The notes under the pieces are model-generated. The model was given only the letters and a program-made list of their open reading frames with translations. It was not told where the DNA came from and made no database searches. A DNA stretch of 64,000 nucleotides from the human T2T-CHM13v2.0 reference genome, Homo sapiens: NCBI RefSeq assembly GCF_009914755.1, contig NC_060927.1; one strand, given 5' to 3'. Positions within the stretch are counted from its first letter, which is position 1; each line of letters opens with the position of its first letter. Of the stretch, positions 1 to 15,122 are shown piece by piece. The translations under genes and the position numbers were made by a program.

Positions 1-924
1 AGCAGGTCTTCTTTTCCTAGAGCTGATATATCTACTTTCCCCAGATCAAAGGGAGTGAAGAAATGGCACATTCTGGGAAAAGGAATTTGACTATGTCATT
101 TCTCAACCTGTGTCTTCTCTCTTCATTATATAAGAATCTACCCAGGTCCAAAAGAATCATGAGAAGTTGTCTTCATGGAGAGGTTTGATGAAAGGTCAGC
201 AAACAAGAAAACAGTATTATTTGACCTCACACTTCTCAAAATAGCACCTTCTCATACCTTTCTGGGGGCCTTGCTCTGCCTTCAGAACACTCACCCAGCT
301 CCTTTCCCTCCTATCATCCAGCTGTTCCCTGTCAATCAGGGCCTCTCAGCAATTTTAATCCTGGTTTACTAAAATGAAAACAGAAAGCTATCCTTTACTG
401 AGTGCTTACTATGAGTACTACACTGAGTACTATGTGCCAGGTACTATACCAATCTTATCAAATAAATATAACCATCTCTGAGGGATAAGGAAACCAAGGT
501 TCAGAGAAATCAACCTCTATTGGAAGAGCTATGATTGGAACCCCACTCTGATTCCAACACCCAAGATCTCAACTTTTCTGCCTCTCTTGCTACAGGAAGT
601 TTGAGAGTGCTAGCCTTTAATATCATTAAAAAATTAATAATCAAAAATTGTTTTTCAAGCCAAATGGGGCTACTCTAATTTTAAGTTTCAGGGAATTCTT
701 TGATAACCACAATTAAATAAAGAAGTTAAAAATAAATTAAGAGCATAAACGAAACAAAAACCTTAATAATTATTCCTTGTAATCATGTATATATGATTTA
801 TACATATTATAAATCAGACTACAAATCATGTTAAATGGAAGAATTCCTAAGAGAAGGAACTGTAAAACTGCACTGATGTGTATAAAGAAAAAGCGAGACA
901 ACACTTAAAGATGCAATAAATGCT

Positions 925-1217
925 GGCCGGGAACAGTGGCTTATGCCTGTAATCCCAGCACTTTGGGAGGCCAAGGTGGGATGATCATTTGAGGTCAGGA
1001 GTTTGAGACTGGCCTGGCCAACATGGTGAAGGCCTGTCTACTAAAAATACAAAAGTTAGCCAGGTGTGGTGGTGCACACTTGTAATCCCAGCTACTTAAG
1101 AGGCTGAGGCAGGAGAATTGCTTGAACTCAGGAGGCAGTGGTTAGAATGAGCCAAGATCATGCCACTGCACTCCAGCCTGGGTGACAGAGCAAGACTTTG
1201 TCTCAAAAAAAAAAAAA
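925..1217 (+). mobile_element. Alu (AluS-like), full length
   Basis: Starts GGCCGGGAACAGTGGCTTATGCCTGTAATCCCAGCA; two monomers and a poly(A) tail. Confidence 0.95.
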
Positions 1218-2835
1218 GTAATAAGCAAGCAAGGTAGGAAAAGAGTAACTAAAAAAAACTGAGATTAGCCCTCAATACTATTTCTTTTCACTTTAAAATT
1301 TCTTCTCTCTTCTCCTAGAAATTCTTTATAATCTACAAATTAAGTTATTATTTAACATCATCTGTAGTCAGATTATATGATATTAGTATGGCATTTCTAT
1401 TCACTGAATATATATTTCAAGCAATGATAAGTAATGTTTATTAAGTACTTATGTTCTAGGCACTGATCTAATTATTTTAGATATATTGTTTCATTAAATT
1501 CTCAGAGTGATATGAAGTAGATAGAGTCTCTGAACTAGGCCACAAGATGACGAAGACACATACAGCTCTCTCCTAAGGATGTCACAGTCTCCTAGGAAAT
1601 AAAGCCTGAGTTCAGACTGTCACCTATCTCCTCCAACCCAAGCCCCCCAAATATCCTGTGTTATATTGATATCCCAGTGAAGAAAGGCCCCAGAAGCCCA
1701 GAAAAAAAATGAGTTTATTCCCCAGTAAAGACCTAATGTTGAATTGCTACCGAATTATTTGGGTTAAAAATGTCCAATGAGTATAAAAGATCATTAAAGT
1801 ATTTTGCACCATTCTCTATAATGAACCTCCTAAGGTAGAAAGGTAAAAATCAACGCTAGGTCTAAAAATGAGCTCTGATCTTATCTGAAAAACCATTTGC
1901 CTCACTTGCCCTGATACGCTGAAAAGGCAGTTCTGTCTGGACATATAAAAATAGAGCTTTTCTCCCTTGGTTCTATAAGGAGGGGGTAAGGCCCCTGTTT
2001 TAACTACTGAGATAAGAGAACCAGAGATGAGAAACAGCACAGCAGATTAAATGAGCTGGTGCAGGGTCAGAATCAAAGTTCTGTCCCTCATTGCTATGTA
2101 TTTCTTTTCTTTATAAAAGTTAACTTTTCTTGCAGAGACTTTAAAACACAAAATGATATTACAAAACCATCCTGGCTGGGACAGAGGTTTGGTAGTTTTC
2201 CTAATTTCTCCCCAAAGGTCAAATAAATGTAATCTTCCAGTTTCCCACCTCTAAGTCCTAAGATGGGGCCAAAAGTAAGCATTGGGCATCAGCTGCGTAT
2301 GTCCCACTGTGTCAGACCCAATGCAACCTATCTGGATGAGGATCATGTTAAATGGAAGAATTTTGTGAGATCTAAATGAACTGAATTTGAATGGTACCTC
2401 TTCTTTCATAAAATATCTTCATCTCACATAATCAGTGCATTTCCACTTATAATAGACCTTCACTGCCAAATGCGTAATAACCTCATCTTCTGCTGCTCAT
2501 TTAAGTTAAAATGTTTATCTGCAAAGTATAGCTGAAGCTCATCCTTACACATCTTTAGCAACTGTTTTACCATCCTCTGAGATTCCTGAAGTCCTTTGTT
2601 TTTGGTAAAATGTAGCTAATACTACATACATCATCAGATTATTGTGACAATTACATTAAATAATTTACGTAGAAATGTTTAAAAAAATAGATGTCCAAAT
2701 CTGGTAGGTTTATTGTAAAAATGGCTGCAGTTTTTGACCTCTCCCTATGTCCAAGTTTTTTGTAGTGTGACTTTGGGGCACCTCTCCTTAAGAGATGAAG
2801 TCTATTTCCCAATCTAGGAATCTAGACTAGTCTTA

Positions 2836-3010
2836 TTTATTTATTTTTTATTATAATTTTTAAAACTTTTGTGTTCAAGAGTACATGTGGAGGCTTGCTA
2901 TGTAGATAAAATTGTGTCCTAGGGGTTAGGTGTACAAATTATTTTGTCACCCAGGTAATAAGCATAGTACCAAACAGGTAGTTTTTCAATCCTCACCATC
3001 CTTCTACCCT
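2836..3010 (-). mobile_element. LINE-1 3' end fragment (L1PB/L1MA-like)
   Basis: T-rich tail followed by GTACATGTGGAGGCTTGCTATGTAGATAAATTGTGTC...TCACCCAGGTAATAAGCATAGTACC, typical of a reverse L1 3' UTR. Confidence 0.7.
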
Positions 3011-3159
3011 GTATTACAATCCCTCTCTCCCTCACTATCTTCATCTTGACACCATGATAAAATAATCTACAATTCTACAGTAACGCAGACAATCAGTGTG
3101 AGACACCAGATCTCAGCCACGACTCTTAGACTAGAAAGTTTCTATCTTTAGCCACTGTG

Positions 3160-3373
3160 CAATTGATCCTCCCATCTCAGCCTCTCGAGTAGCTGGGAGT
3201 ACAGGTGCATGCTGCCACACCTGACTAATTCTTGTATTTTTTGTAAAGACTGGTTTTTGCCACGTTACCCAGGCTGGTCTCAAACTCCTGGGCTCACTCC
3301 CAGGCTCAAATAATCCACCTGCCTTAGCCTCCAAAAGTGTTGGGATTACAGGCATGAGCCACTGTGCCTAGTC
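3160..3373 (-). mobile_element. Partial Alu (AluJ-like)
   Basis: CTCAAACTCCTGGGCTCA...CCTCCAAAAGTGTTGGGATTACAGGCATGAGCCAC; right arm and tail incomplete. Confidence 0.85.
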
Positions 3374-3498
3374 CCAAAAGCTATATCTCAAGGTTAGACT
3401 ATATCCTGAGCTAAAGCTTTATGGTTCAAACTGCCCACTATATACCTGGATATTGTCCTTTGGTTTAAGGACAATATAATTCAATGTAGAACATTTGA

Positions 3499-3813
<315 letters not shown>

Positions 3814-6800
3814 AGTAGGAGATAATTATTTGGGACAACTAAAGCTTCAACTAGTTGTCTGAAATGAATCACTTCCTTTCCCCACACTTATCAGCAAAAC
3901 AGACCTATTCAAATCTACAGAGAGATATTCAGTGGGCTAGTCTACTCTGCTTGCAGGTAGAGTCCAGAACTCATCATTTCAAACATATATTTTAAAGCCC
4001 GTACTTTAGGATATAAGAGTCTTTTCTTCTTTCATTTCTTTCTAAGCACAAGTATGTATTTATATTTATGTGGAAGTGTGTGTGTATGTGTGTGTGCGTG
4101 CACTTACATATACATGCATATACTTACACAGACACATGTTCCCCCCTCCCCTTTTCTCATAACAATGTTGAAGGTAGTGTGGTGGAGTGGGGGCGAATGC
4201 CACGGCACTCACATATTTATTCGTGTCATGAAAATACTCATCTGACTGCCTACACACTCTCCAAGAGGGAAATGTTTATCAAAGCATTCACAGCTTGTGC
4301 ATCGCTGCCATGAAATCTTCCTAATGCTCCCAGAATCATCCCAATTATCAGGTATTCATATGCCTTCTATGCTTCCCACAGATTGTTCTACAGGGGCATG
4401 TCTTGAGTGAGGTGGCATGTTTCTGTTCACCCTGCCTTTTAGAGACCCAGAGCCGTCCAGAAGTGAAAAGCATGTGGAAGGATGCACATTCCTGATGAAG
4501 ATCAGAGGAAACTCCCAAGGCCGCAGAGTGCCTTAGCTCTTGGGAAGGAAATACCCACACCAGGTGGTGCTTGTCAGCAAATAGATTTAGTTTTATATTT
4601 TATGAGAGTATTACTTCTGGGTCAGGTTTTCATTTTCATTCTGTGTAGGTGCATATTGTTAAATTCCATTTCCTATAGGCACAAAATGTATTACCTCTGT
4701 TTTACCATCCTCTAGATATGGAAAACCATGTAAAGGACTACACAACTTTTATTGTGGACACACTGAATGCAAACGTGCTCTTAGACTCTAGCAAGCAGAG
4801 AGGGAACAACAGGTTTAACTCCAAGTTCTAAGCTTATAACTGAAAAGCTGTCCTGCAGGGAAGGAGGCACACAAATCCAGCTCAGAGCTTCCAACCTTTC
4901 TCAGGGTTTGTTCTTGCAGAATACAATTGAAGAGTGATTTACATGGTAGTAAGATAAAAGAAGTATAAACAGCTCAGCTATGACTCAGCTCATCTTGACT
5001 CCTTCACACAGGGCACAAAAACAGTCAGATGCTTCAAAGTTAGAAGGACCAGAAAAGGAAAATCTGCAAAGGAAAGCCTTTGAAAAGAAATTTGGCAAAG
5101 GACCTGATCTACAAAGCTGATTTTCCCTGGTATAAAATGTCCCCATAGCACAATGCTTTTTATTCTGGATGAAGTGGGCTATAGAGAGGGTGACAGATGA
5201 CTCACCCACCCTGAAAATTAGAGCTCATGACTTGATATGTTCACGTTAACCGGAAGAGATAAAAAGATGGGAAAGGTAAGACCCTGTTAATTCACTGTAG
5301 GGATTTAGGGGGAGGATAGACGGGGCCAACATCTTGGTGAATCCTTTTTCTCACAGTAGTTACTTGTACTGTCATTGAGCACTGAGACTAAGGAGCAGGC
5401 AGATCAGAAAAGTGATTTCTCATCCCACTCTATTCAGCATTAATGGCACAAAATCCCATTAGTGCATTCTAGGGGTTCATTTCAAAACAGACAATGGCCT
5501 CTGAATCAGCCTGCCATGCATAATCATCCGGCAATAGGGAAATTACACAATCAAAAATTTATCAAAAGACCACGAAAGGCAGCTATGTGAGGTCATGCCC
5601 ATTCCTTCTTTAGCAGGGAGGAGGAGACATCACTTTAAGACCAGCAAGATCGATTTTTGTTTCATAACCATAGCTGGATTCACATGATCAGTCCAGAAAA
5701 GATAAAACTCTTTTGAAGGAGAAAGTGAAAGGAAGGAGTCTTGTTATTATAATTATTTTATAAATAGGTGAAAATAATTTTATCCCCCTTAGGCATTCTT
5801 ATGTTCTATATCAACTTTTTTAAAGAAAATTCTCCCACATTCCCTTTTATTATAATTGAAATTCAAGTCCTAGAGGGTTGTCCAGTGTCCTATCTTTAGC
5901 CTCTACTCTCTCCTAGCCTCTACTCTCTCCTAACCTTGGGACCTGCTTTCCCAATAGTTTGTCAGACTTTATCACATGGATTTTCTTCAAATCCATGTCT
6001 GGCATTAAAATATCGTCATGCTTATCCTTTCAGACACATTTATTGGTACATTTATATAGTTCTTTTTTGGTTTTAACATGCATTCACATGCATTATCTTG
6101 ATTCCTACAACCAGGGTGTAGCCAATGTTATCAGTGGGATGACTCCCAAATCCTTCTCTCTGTTTTCTATTCTTACTACCATCACCCAGTTTAAAATTTT
6201 ATTATACTGAACTATGGTCATTGCAGTTTTTATCCTGATCTTTGTGTCTTCAGTCATTCCCTTCTTCAAATTCTCCTGCTGCTAAAGCAATCTTATAATA
6301 GCAATGCTTTGTTTAACTCTCTTTTGCCTAAATGGTTTGAATTATTGGCTTAAATGAATGGATTCAATTATTTACTATTTAAAAATTAAAGCCCTTCTGC
6401 CTAGCATTTAAAGCCCTCAATAAAAAGGCCTAAATCACCTTTTATAAATCTTCATTTTGTCCATCATTTCCCATCTACACATATACTTCCTTTGGTTAGA
6501 TCTCCTGAGTCCACTATGCCACATCTCCCTGAGTAGCTGGCCCCATCTATCTGAACACAGCTGATTGGCAGGGATAGACACCTGACCCAGCTGGATTAAT
6601 CAGATTATCTTCCTAAGGAATTTGGATTTAAGACTCAGCAACTCAGCCCAGTCGATTACCTAATGTTACTGGGCCTGGATGACACTATAGATAAAATTGT
6701 ATGACTGTCATTTTGCAGCAGCTATTTGTATGCTGAGACCTCAAAGAAAGGAGCACTCTGCAGATAGAAGCAGGTAAATGGGGCCAAAATCCAGAAAAGG

Positions 6801-9573
6801 GTAAAAATTAGATGCTTGGAAAGAGAGACAAGAGATGGAAAGTAGATGGCTTTGCTCTTGAAGGCATTCCTGCTTTCCATTCTATACAATAATGAAGCTT
6901 AGCTGCTGTTCCTGCCCTTTTTTCTCATGGGTTCTAGTTCTTAGAATAAATTCCCGTTAACTTATGGTAGTTTAGGTGAATTTCTATATCTTGCAACCAA
7001 ACAGTCCCTGGCTAAAAAATATCCCTTCGAGACAGCCAGATCAGCCTTTTGCCAGACCTGAAGTACATCTTGCCATTTCTCACACCATCTGTCAGAAAGG
7101 CCCTCTACTTTCATCTGCTCACATCCTTTAGCATTCACTTCAAATGCCACGTTTTTATCCACACTTCCATAATCACCCCTCTCTCATGGATAAAGCAAAT
7201 TCCAGCAATTCTGCAACCTGAAAGCAACAGGAGAATTTCAGGAATTAACTTCTGATCTACTGGATTTTTAGACAAATGAGAAGAACCAGAGCAACCTTCT
7301 GTTTTATTTTAAAAGAAAGAAAAACATCCTCTCTTGTTTACACTTAGGAACAAATCAACTCAACGAATTAAGAGGGGGCATTGAACTAAACCTCTTGTCT
7401 CCATCCCTCTTTTGGCCAGGGCCTTGCGTCTACACCTTTGCATCTACACTCTTTACCAAATCCTGATTTTCAAGTTATTTCAGTGATGTAATCGCATGAG
7501 TCCATTTTAGTGGCACTAAAGGTCTGGAGGGGAGCACACTTTCCCAGACACAACTTCCCTGGGTGCTCCCTCTCCTCCTGTGTCAAGCATCCCAAATTGG
7601 CCACTTCTGACTGCCGGCTCCCACTGAATTTGCGGCCCACCATCACCTCAAGGTCGCTTTCACTATCATTATTGTTCAGTATTCTCCTGCTCATTGAATA
7701 TGTGGTGCTTTGGATATTTCCCCAGATGATTCAGCTTGCATCGATTCAAGCTAAAACTCATTTCCCTCCTATTTTCACAGATTCTCCTAATCAATTTCAT
7801 GCTGCAGAACAATTTCATCTTCCCTCCCGTTGTGCATGTTAGAAAAGCCTGCTGAATCATGTGCTGTAAGTATTTAGCTCTGGCTTTGCCTTGACAGCTT
7901 TGCAGTTATGTCCTGGTCCAGTTTTGAAGCTGGTTGTTGTAGTAATTTCACCTTCGTCAGAGGCCTCATGAGGATATCTCATTTGATGGTAAATATTATT
8001 CTGAGTCCAAGATTCACTAATTTGGAACTTTCTTTTAAAAAATCACTTATACATTTGTTTATTCAAGTTTTCTTTTCGATCTTTCTTTTCCAGATGAAAC
8101 TTTAATTCTCTAAAACATCATACTAACAATTTCTGGTTGATTTCACCACTTGGTTTGCTGAAAGGATGTTCCCAGACCTCATATACCCTGACCCTTTGAC
8201 AATCTAGAACTGAAATATTATTTCTCAATTCTTCTCCATGACTTCCTGGACTGGAAACCTATCTTTCTAGGCCCGTCAGATCCTCCTGTTTTTCAAAGCT
8301 CCCTTTTCTGCTTCCTTTTGATCATCCTGTTCCTAAACTTCCCATGCTCTCTTATGATCAAACTCTTTCTGAAAAATAGTCATGTAATAAATATATTAGT
8401 GGTATCTAATCAGACCATTTTCTCTAGACTTCTAGAAGCCAGATTTCTACTCTATGACATTGCTACCTTGGCCACAGCTAGATAACAAATTCAAGTTCAA
8501 CCATTCATCCTTTTTTTAAGGTGGGGGAGGATTTGAACAGAGATACAGGGAGTAGCAGCTGGGTGTGGCTTATAATAGTGGTAGAACTTCCTTAAGGAAG
8601 GTCTTCAAACTCCTGTGTCTGAGGTCATGTGAGTTTCCATAATATGAGTCCCTACAGGGGCCTAATTACTAACCTTTCTCATAGTCCATGGGATACTCAA
8701 GTATCTGTTTATTCATGCAAAATACCCTTAAAAATATAACTTGTAATTTTATGATTACAAATCTTATTTCCCATGCCTCTAAGGACTGTCAAGTGATTCT
8801 CAATAAACCATTTTTAAAGGAGCATAAAACTTTATAACGCCAGTTGTAGTCAGACAACCAAAGATTGAATTCTGGCTCGATTACTTACTAGTTCTATGAC
8901 CCTTATAATAAAATGGAATAATAGTTGTATCTTCTTCCTAGAGTTGTGGTGATAACTAAAGTAATGAATGATGCATGTTATATTATCATTGCATTATAAA
9001 TATTCAATAAGTGTTAGCTGTATTGATTATTGTTACTATATTAGCATTATTATCTATTCTTTGCTTCTTCTCTTATCACCCCTATCACTGAGTAGAACTC
9101 TGTTTGCTATATTCTTCTTCTACTGATAGGGGATGTTCCCGTTGCTTTATAGGCATCAAAGTTCCCTAATATAACTGCTAGAATTTATCCATGATATCAT
9201 TCTAGTTGACATGTAACTCCATTTGTCTGCAACAAAAATTCTACTATTTTTGCTAAATTCTACTATTAAACCAAGGAGCAAAGTGGCCTTTCTTTTTCAG
9301 GTTCTTACAATGATTTGAATTGGTAATACTTTTTTATTTTTCCATTTTATGTGCTTTTTAGTCCATTATACCATGAGTATAATATGAGTAGAGGAGGAAA
9401 AACATAAGAAAGTATCAAGGAGGGAAAGAAATTGAATGGTTTAGACAGACATCAGAGAAAAAGGAGAGGGGTCATTCACAGATTAGGGTGATGGTATGGA
9501 GACTGTTGCTGATGATGACCATGAGTTCCAGAGGGCCCAGTGAAAGGATTTTAGGTTTCACTTGGAAGGATGG

Positions 9574-9949
9574 TGTGATGGTTAATTTTATATATCAACT
9601 TGGAAGGTGTTTTGGGATGAGATTAACGTTCAAATTGGTGAACCTTGAGTAAAATGAATTGCCTTCTTTAATGTAGGTGGGCCTCACTCAATCAATTGGA
9701 AACCTGAATAGAACAAAAAGGCTGGCCTCCGTGAGCCAGAAGGTACCCCCCAGCAGACTCCTTTCTAGACTTCATCTGCACCATTGGCTCTCCTGAGTCT
9801 CCAGCCTGCTGGCCCACACTACAGATTTTGGACTTACCAGCCTCCATAATTATTACATTAGCCAGTTAGCTATAATACATTTTTTAAATATATATCTCTC
9901 CTGTTGATTCTGTTTTTTTTTTTTTTTTTTTTTAACTCTGACTGATACA
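9574..9949 (+). mobile_element. MLT2 (ERVL) solo LTR
   Basis: Starts TGTGATGGTTAATTTTATATATCAACTTG and ends CTGACTGATACA. Confidence 0.8.
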
Positions 9950-11625
9950 GGTGGAGTTAGGGGAAAGAGGTTGAATGGGTGAGGTGTGTGAAGAGTTTTA
10001 TGTTGATTAGTGCTCGAGAGGTAAGAGGTGACCTAAGAGAGATGAAGGGCTGATGTGATTAATCTCAGGGATCTCAGGGCTCTATGTTTTGTGGAGTAGG
10101 AGAGAACACTGAAGCTCATTCTTCACCCATGATGATGGGCTCAGAGGGCCTTCATGGGTCATGAGATTGATCCCAATTCACAATTCTCATCTTAGCCTTG
10201 GATGCAGAGATGGAAGGTTTAAAAAGATGTGATCTTTACTGCTTAGATTTACACTTGAACTTTTGGTGGTAAAGAGGTGATCTTTCTCTAAGTGTACACG
10301 CGAAATCATGAACCCTGTTGATGAACTAAAGGAATTTTGGTAAAGCTGGGTGCACTATCAAGAGCATGAGTCTCTTCTCCCTATCTAACAGAGAGTGAAG
10401 AGCCAGGAAAGCATGACCTCAGACCCAGTGCACAGCCAGTATTCTAAGTGCTGGGAGGAGAATAAGGTAGGAAAAATTCTGCCCTCACGAAGCTTACATT
10501 TTCATGGAGGAAGACAATAAATAAAGCATTAAACAAAAACTAAGAAATTTCAGATAGTACTAAGAACTATCAAGTAAATAAAATAGGCTGATTTGCTAGT
10601 CAAAGAGTAGTCAAGGAAGGACTTTTTGAATATAACATTTGATGTAGACCCTTGGGAGATTCAAATATACACCTTCTTTTTGCAGAGAAGTATAATGTTA
10701 AGTAGGAGGAAAGGTAATAAAGCTGATAATTAGATATTTCTTGTAAGAAAATCATCTAGAGAAGCCAAATGTATCAGGAGTTTCAGCTGCCTCTTTCCTC
10801 AGGAAGCAAATGAGGAATGGGTTCATGGAGCAATTGTGTCCTCTAAACTCCCTAGACTGGCTCAGTAAAAGTGGGAAGAGAAGTCCCTGTTGACTTCCAG
10901 CAGAGAGATGGGGTAGCCAAGTGCATCAGAAAGAGAAGAAAGAATATAGGGAACAGCATGGTGAGAGGCCACTGTTTGGATTGGAGTAGGAGGGAGCAAT
11001 GTTAGAGGCAGCTGTGAGTTTGGAACTTTGGGGAAAGGAAAAATGACTAAATAGAATATTTGAGAAAAATCTTTAAATCGGATGGCAAAGACTAGGATAA
11101 GCTCGGTTTGTTCCTGGGTTAGTTTCGGTCTATTCCTATTGGTCCAACAAGATTTTTAAGAGAAATTTCTCATTTTCAAAAACACTGCACTTTGGACAGA
11201 TTATATGTTTACATTACTGTATAAAACCCCTCAGCTGCCCTCTATGAAAACCCACAGCAAAAATTTACATCATTTTTGAGAGTTTGTAGAGTTAAATTTA
11301 TGGTCCCTTTGAATGTCACTGTAAGTAAGACAGGACTATTTGGGGCTCTGACTCACGTGGATTATAAAAGCACTTACTGTGACATTTAAAATTGGAATTT
11401 GTCCATCTTTATTTGATTTTTATAGAAATAGTTTATGGTCATCCTGCAATGAAGTGAAGGTGAAGGAGGCCTAGGAAATAAATAAACACATTTTTATATG
11501 AAATACACATTGGATATATAGGGAAATGTGGAGCACATACTGAAGAAAAGAGTATAGAATCAGGGAGGGAACAAATACAACCTCTGGTTTAACTCTTTAT
11601 TTCAAATGTACTTATTTAACATCTA

Positions 11626-11835
11626 TTAGGTTGGTGCAAAATTAATTGTGTTTTTTGACATTAGAAGGGGCAAGTTTATTGTATAAAAACTAGAATAAAT
11701 GCATTTTAGTATAAAAATGGATTTATTTATTTCCTAGGCCTGCTTCATCTTTACTTCATTGCAGGATGATCATAAACTATTTCTATAAAAATCAAATAAA
11801 ATGGACAATCCGCAATTACTTTTGCACCAACCTAA
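11626..11835. mobile_element. MADE1 (Hsmar1-derived MITE) enlarged by captured filler DNA
   Basis: Left TIR TTAGGTTGGTGCAAAATTAATTG and right TIR CGCAATTACTTTTGCACCAACCTAA, with TA on both sides; 210 bp instead of ~80 bp. Confidence 0.9.
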
Positions 11836-12980
11836 TATTATATGCATAGCACTGTGCTAATCTATATGTATTGTGTGTGCATATGTGTGTGTGATATTCA
11901 GGTGGTGTGTGTATGGTATGTTGTGTGTATGTGTTTATATTAAAATGAGGGTTCTGGGGAAGTGGGGTCTAGCAAGATGAATAAAACATGTCTGTAGTTT
12001 ACTGGAAGGAGGGAGAGTAGAAACATAGCTATCATCTATTTAACGCCTACTGTGAGTCACTGAGCTTTACGAGGCACTTCACACATATCACTTAATCTCA
12101 CAAAGCCATAAATATTATATTAATACTCATTTTCTATAAGCAAATTGGCTTTACAAGAATAAGTAACTTGAAGTCAAGTTTCAAGCACAAATCTGAAGTC
12201 AGGTGAACATGTTGCCAATACCTGAGAAGTCTGCAATAGAAAGCCAACTACGTGTTAAATGATCCAATAAAGACAAAAAGTATTATGCGAGCATGGAGGA
12301 AGGCAGGAAAAACAGAGAAGATAAATAAAAACAGTCAATAAATATTGAGTTTATTAAGTGCCAAGCACTGTCTTAAGGTACTAATATATTTTTATTCATT
12401 TAATCCTCATAACCATTCAGTGAGGTAAACCCTATTATTAACCCTGTTTTAAGCATGAGAAAACTGAGACACAGGAGTATAATTTGCCCAAGGTCATACA
12501 ACTAGCAAGTGGTGAACCAGGATTTAGCTCTAGGCTGACTAGTTCCAGGGGATGTGCTTTACAAAACAAAAACAAAACGAATCCCATATTCCCTTTACTT
12601 GGCTTACCTAATGTTAGCATCTTGTATAACCATGGTATACTTATCAAAACCAGGAAATGAACATTGATACAAAATTAGTAGTGAAGGAACGTGTTTTACT
12701 AGAATGTCACCAATTTTTATCCTAATGCCTTTTTTTCTGGTCCAGGATAAAATCCAGGATCCCATATTGCATTTAGTTTTTGTGTTTCCTTAGTTTCCTT
12801 CAATATGTCACAGATTTTTATTCTTTCCTTTTTTTTCCCCATGAACTTGACACTTTTGAAGAGTATTGGTCAGTTACTTCATAAAATATCTCTCAATTTT
12901 GGTGTGTCTGGTGTTGCCTCATAATTAGATGGAGGTTATGCATTTTTTTGGTATGAATACCACAGAAGTGATGGTGTGTC

Positions 12981-13657
<677 letters not shown>

Positions 13658-14258
13658 GTGTCCTTTTCAGGGTATTTTCAGTTGGTTAAGTAGTAGTGCC
13701 TGCTAGATATCTCTACTATAAAATTATTTTTTTTGTAATTGATAAATGTCTTGGGAGAATATGCTTTGAGACTGTGCAAATATCCTATTTCTCCTCAATA
13801 AGAGATATGCTGTTAACCATCATTCTATACTTCCCCCACTTAGAATAATTTTTTGTTGGGAATCAGGACATGATCATAGAAAAGAAAGAATGTGATCTGT
13901 CAATAAATTGAAGGAAAAATATTTTAAAAGTATTAATTCTTCTATGAATTTAGAGTGCCTTCAGAAATATTAGCTTGATCTTTCCCCTAGGCATTGGAAA
14001 GAAAAATAAAAGGGCCCTGAGATGAGCAGTTAACAGGGTTTCCTAAACTCACTCAATTCTATTATCAAATGGAGCTTTGTAGACAGACCATATTGATAGA
14101 AATAATTTTCTGTTGCCTTCTTTTTATTGCTGAATGCCACTCTGCTTTATAAGAGAATCCCAGACTGATGTTAAAATTCCAGATCAATGTGAGACAAACT
14201 ATGATAGACTGTCACTAGGTTTTTTGTTTAATTTCTTCCTTGGGTTTATTCTGTAATG

Positions 14259-14272
14259 ACTCTCTCTCTCTT

Positions 14273-14355
<83 letters not shown>
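14259..14355. repeat. Compound (TC)n(TG)n microsatellite
   Basis: Directly visible dinucleotide runs. Confidence 0.97.
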
Positions 14356-14357
<2 letters not shown>

Positions 14358-14825
14358 TGGGTCGTGTCTTTGATAGCTCCCTGATGTAGAAACAAGCAAC
14401 GCTTTTGAAACCTAGCAATTCTCTGAATTGTTACCTTAGATAGCTTGTCTTATATTAAAAACTAATTAATGTTTGTATGAGTCTGACTTTTCTGATTTTT
14501 TTCAAGACTATTATCATAAATAATGTCATAAGTTTTTGCTATCTGTGTTATCAGTATTGGAGATATTTTATTTTGCATCTTCGCTACTCCAGAAAGCATT
14601 TAAGATGGGTTCAATGATATATGTCATACAATAGGTAACATAAATTAGAAGCAAATTTTTAAAAAGTTAAATAGTGGGTCAGGACATAAATTAGAATTAT
14701 AAATGACCCTAATATAAAAATAGATTCCTATTCTATGCTTTCTAGCATTCATTTATATAAATTCTGAAACTATTTCTATGTCAAAATATGAGTTTTTCTC
14801 AATAAGAAATAGGTTTATTTCTTAG

Positions 14826-15122
<297 letters not shown>

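Noticed and set aside
11626-11835. Intact miR-548 precursor
   Set aside because: The MADE1 hairpin is interrupted by ~145 bp, so a canonical pre-miRNA cannot be claimed.
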